Assembly: GCA_963728405.1 (NCBI GenBank)
Contig: CAVSJV010000004.1
Coordinates: 96,001-160,000, forward strand
Source of the DNA: Methanomassiliicoccaceae archaeon
GTDB taxonomy: Archaea; Thermoplasmatota; Thermoplasmata; Methanomassiliicoccales; Methanomassiliicoccaceae
Length of the DNA: 64,000 nucleotides
Direction: 5' to 3'
A program made the position numbers and the translations under genes. This document shows, piece by piece, positions 63,616 to 64,000 of the stretch. Below the pieces are notes generated by a model that worked only from the letters and a program-made list of their open reading frames with translations, made no database searches and was not told the origin of the DNA. Within the stretch, counting starts at the first letter, position 1. Each line of letters begins with the position of its first letter.

Positions 63616-64000
63616 ATGGTATCCAGTAAGAACAAGGAAAGCACTTCCAAGTCAACCAAGGAGAAAGTGGTCCTGGCATACTCCGGCGGTCTGGACACCT
63701 CGGTGGCCATTCGCTGGCTCCAGGAGAAGTACGACCTAGACGTAATCGCCGTCTCCATCGACGTGGGCCAGCCTGGCGACATGAAGAAGAACATCGAAAG
63801 GGCCAAGACCATTGGCGCAGTGGCCGCCTACGCCCTCGACGCCCGCGTTGTATTCGCCGAGGACTATGTCTGGCCGTCCCTGAAGGCCAACGCTCTCTAC
63901 CAGGGCATCTATCCGCTTTCCACCTCCATTGCCCGCCCCCTCATCGCCAAGCTGCTGGTGGACGTGGCCCGGAAGGAGAGGGCATCGTACATCGCACACG
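63616..64000 (+). CDS. argG: Argininosuccinate synthase (5' part, runs off the window)
   Basis: KVVLAYSGGLDTS, DVGQ, ANALYQGIYPLSTSIARPLIA. Confidence 0.96.
   Translation, partial: MVSSKNKESTSKSTKEKVVLAYSGGLDTSVAIRWLQEKYDLDVIAVSIDVGQPGDMKKNIERAKTIGAVAAYALDARVVFAEDYVWPSLKANALYQGIYPLSTSIARPLIAKLLVDVARKERASYIAH

Overview
GC-rich archaeal chromosomal segment. The archaeal-type ribC, ribL, ABCE1, MetRS, PGI/PMI and long FKBP, together with bacterial-type MetK and ArgJ pathway, point to Thermoplasmatota, probably Methanomassiliicoccales (inference). It contains about 55 CDS: a glycolysis trio (fba, gpmA, pgi); a 12-kb ion/pH-homeostasis cluster (APC permease, ClC, MscS, P3A H+-ATPase, NhaP, TrkHA); the riboflavin operon; ftsZ; metG; ABCE1; fprA; metK; amtB-glnK; a DEAD-box helicase; and the argCJBD/argG divergon. 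There are two tRNAs (Arg-CCT, Thr-TGT) and a variable region at about 43-58 kb with gene fossils, a UDG-like gene, related secreted proteins and a decayed integrase. I saw no CRISPR array, rRNA or intact transposon. Main leads: (1) most frameshifts in otherwise intact genes restore to one motif, AACGT(G/C), which suggests methylation-driven sequencing error and so a DNA modification motif; (2) a structured amtB leader with a tiny Asn-Asn uORF; (3) a multi-hairpin ncRNA candidate between ABCE1 and dedA; (4) a fossil integrase with a tRNA-like att site. All calls were made by eye, with no database searches.
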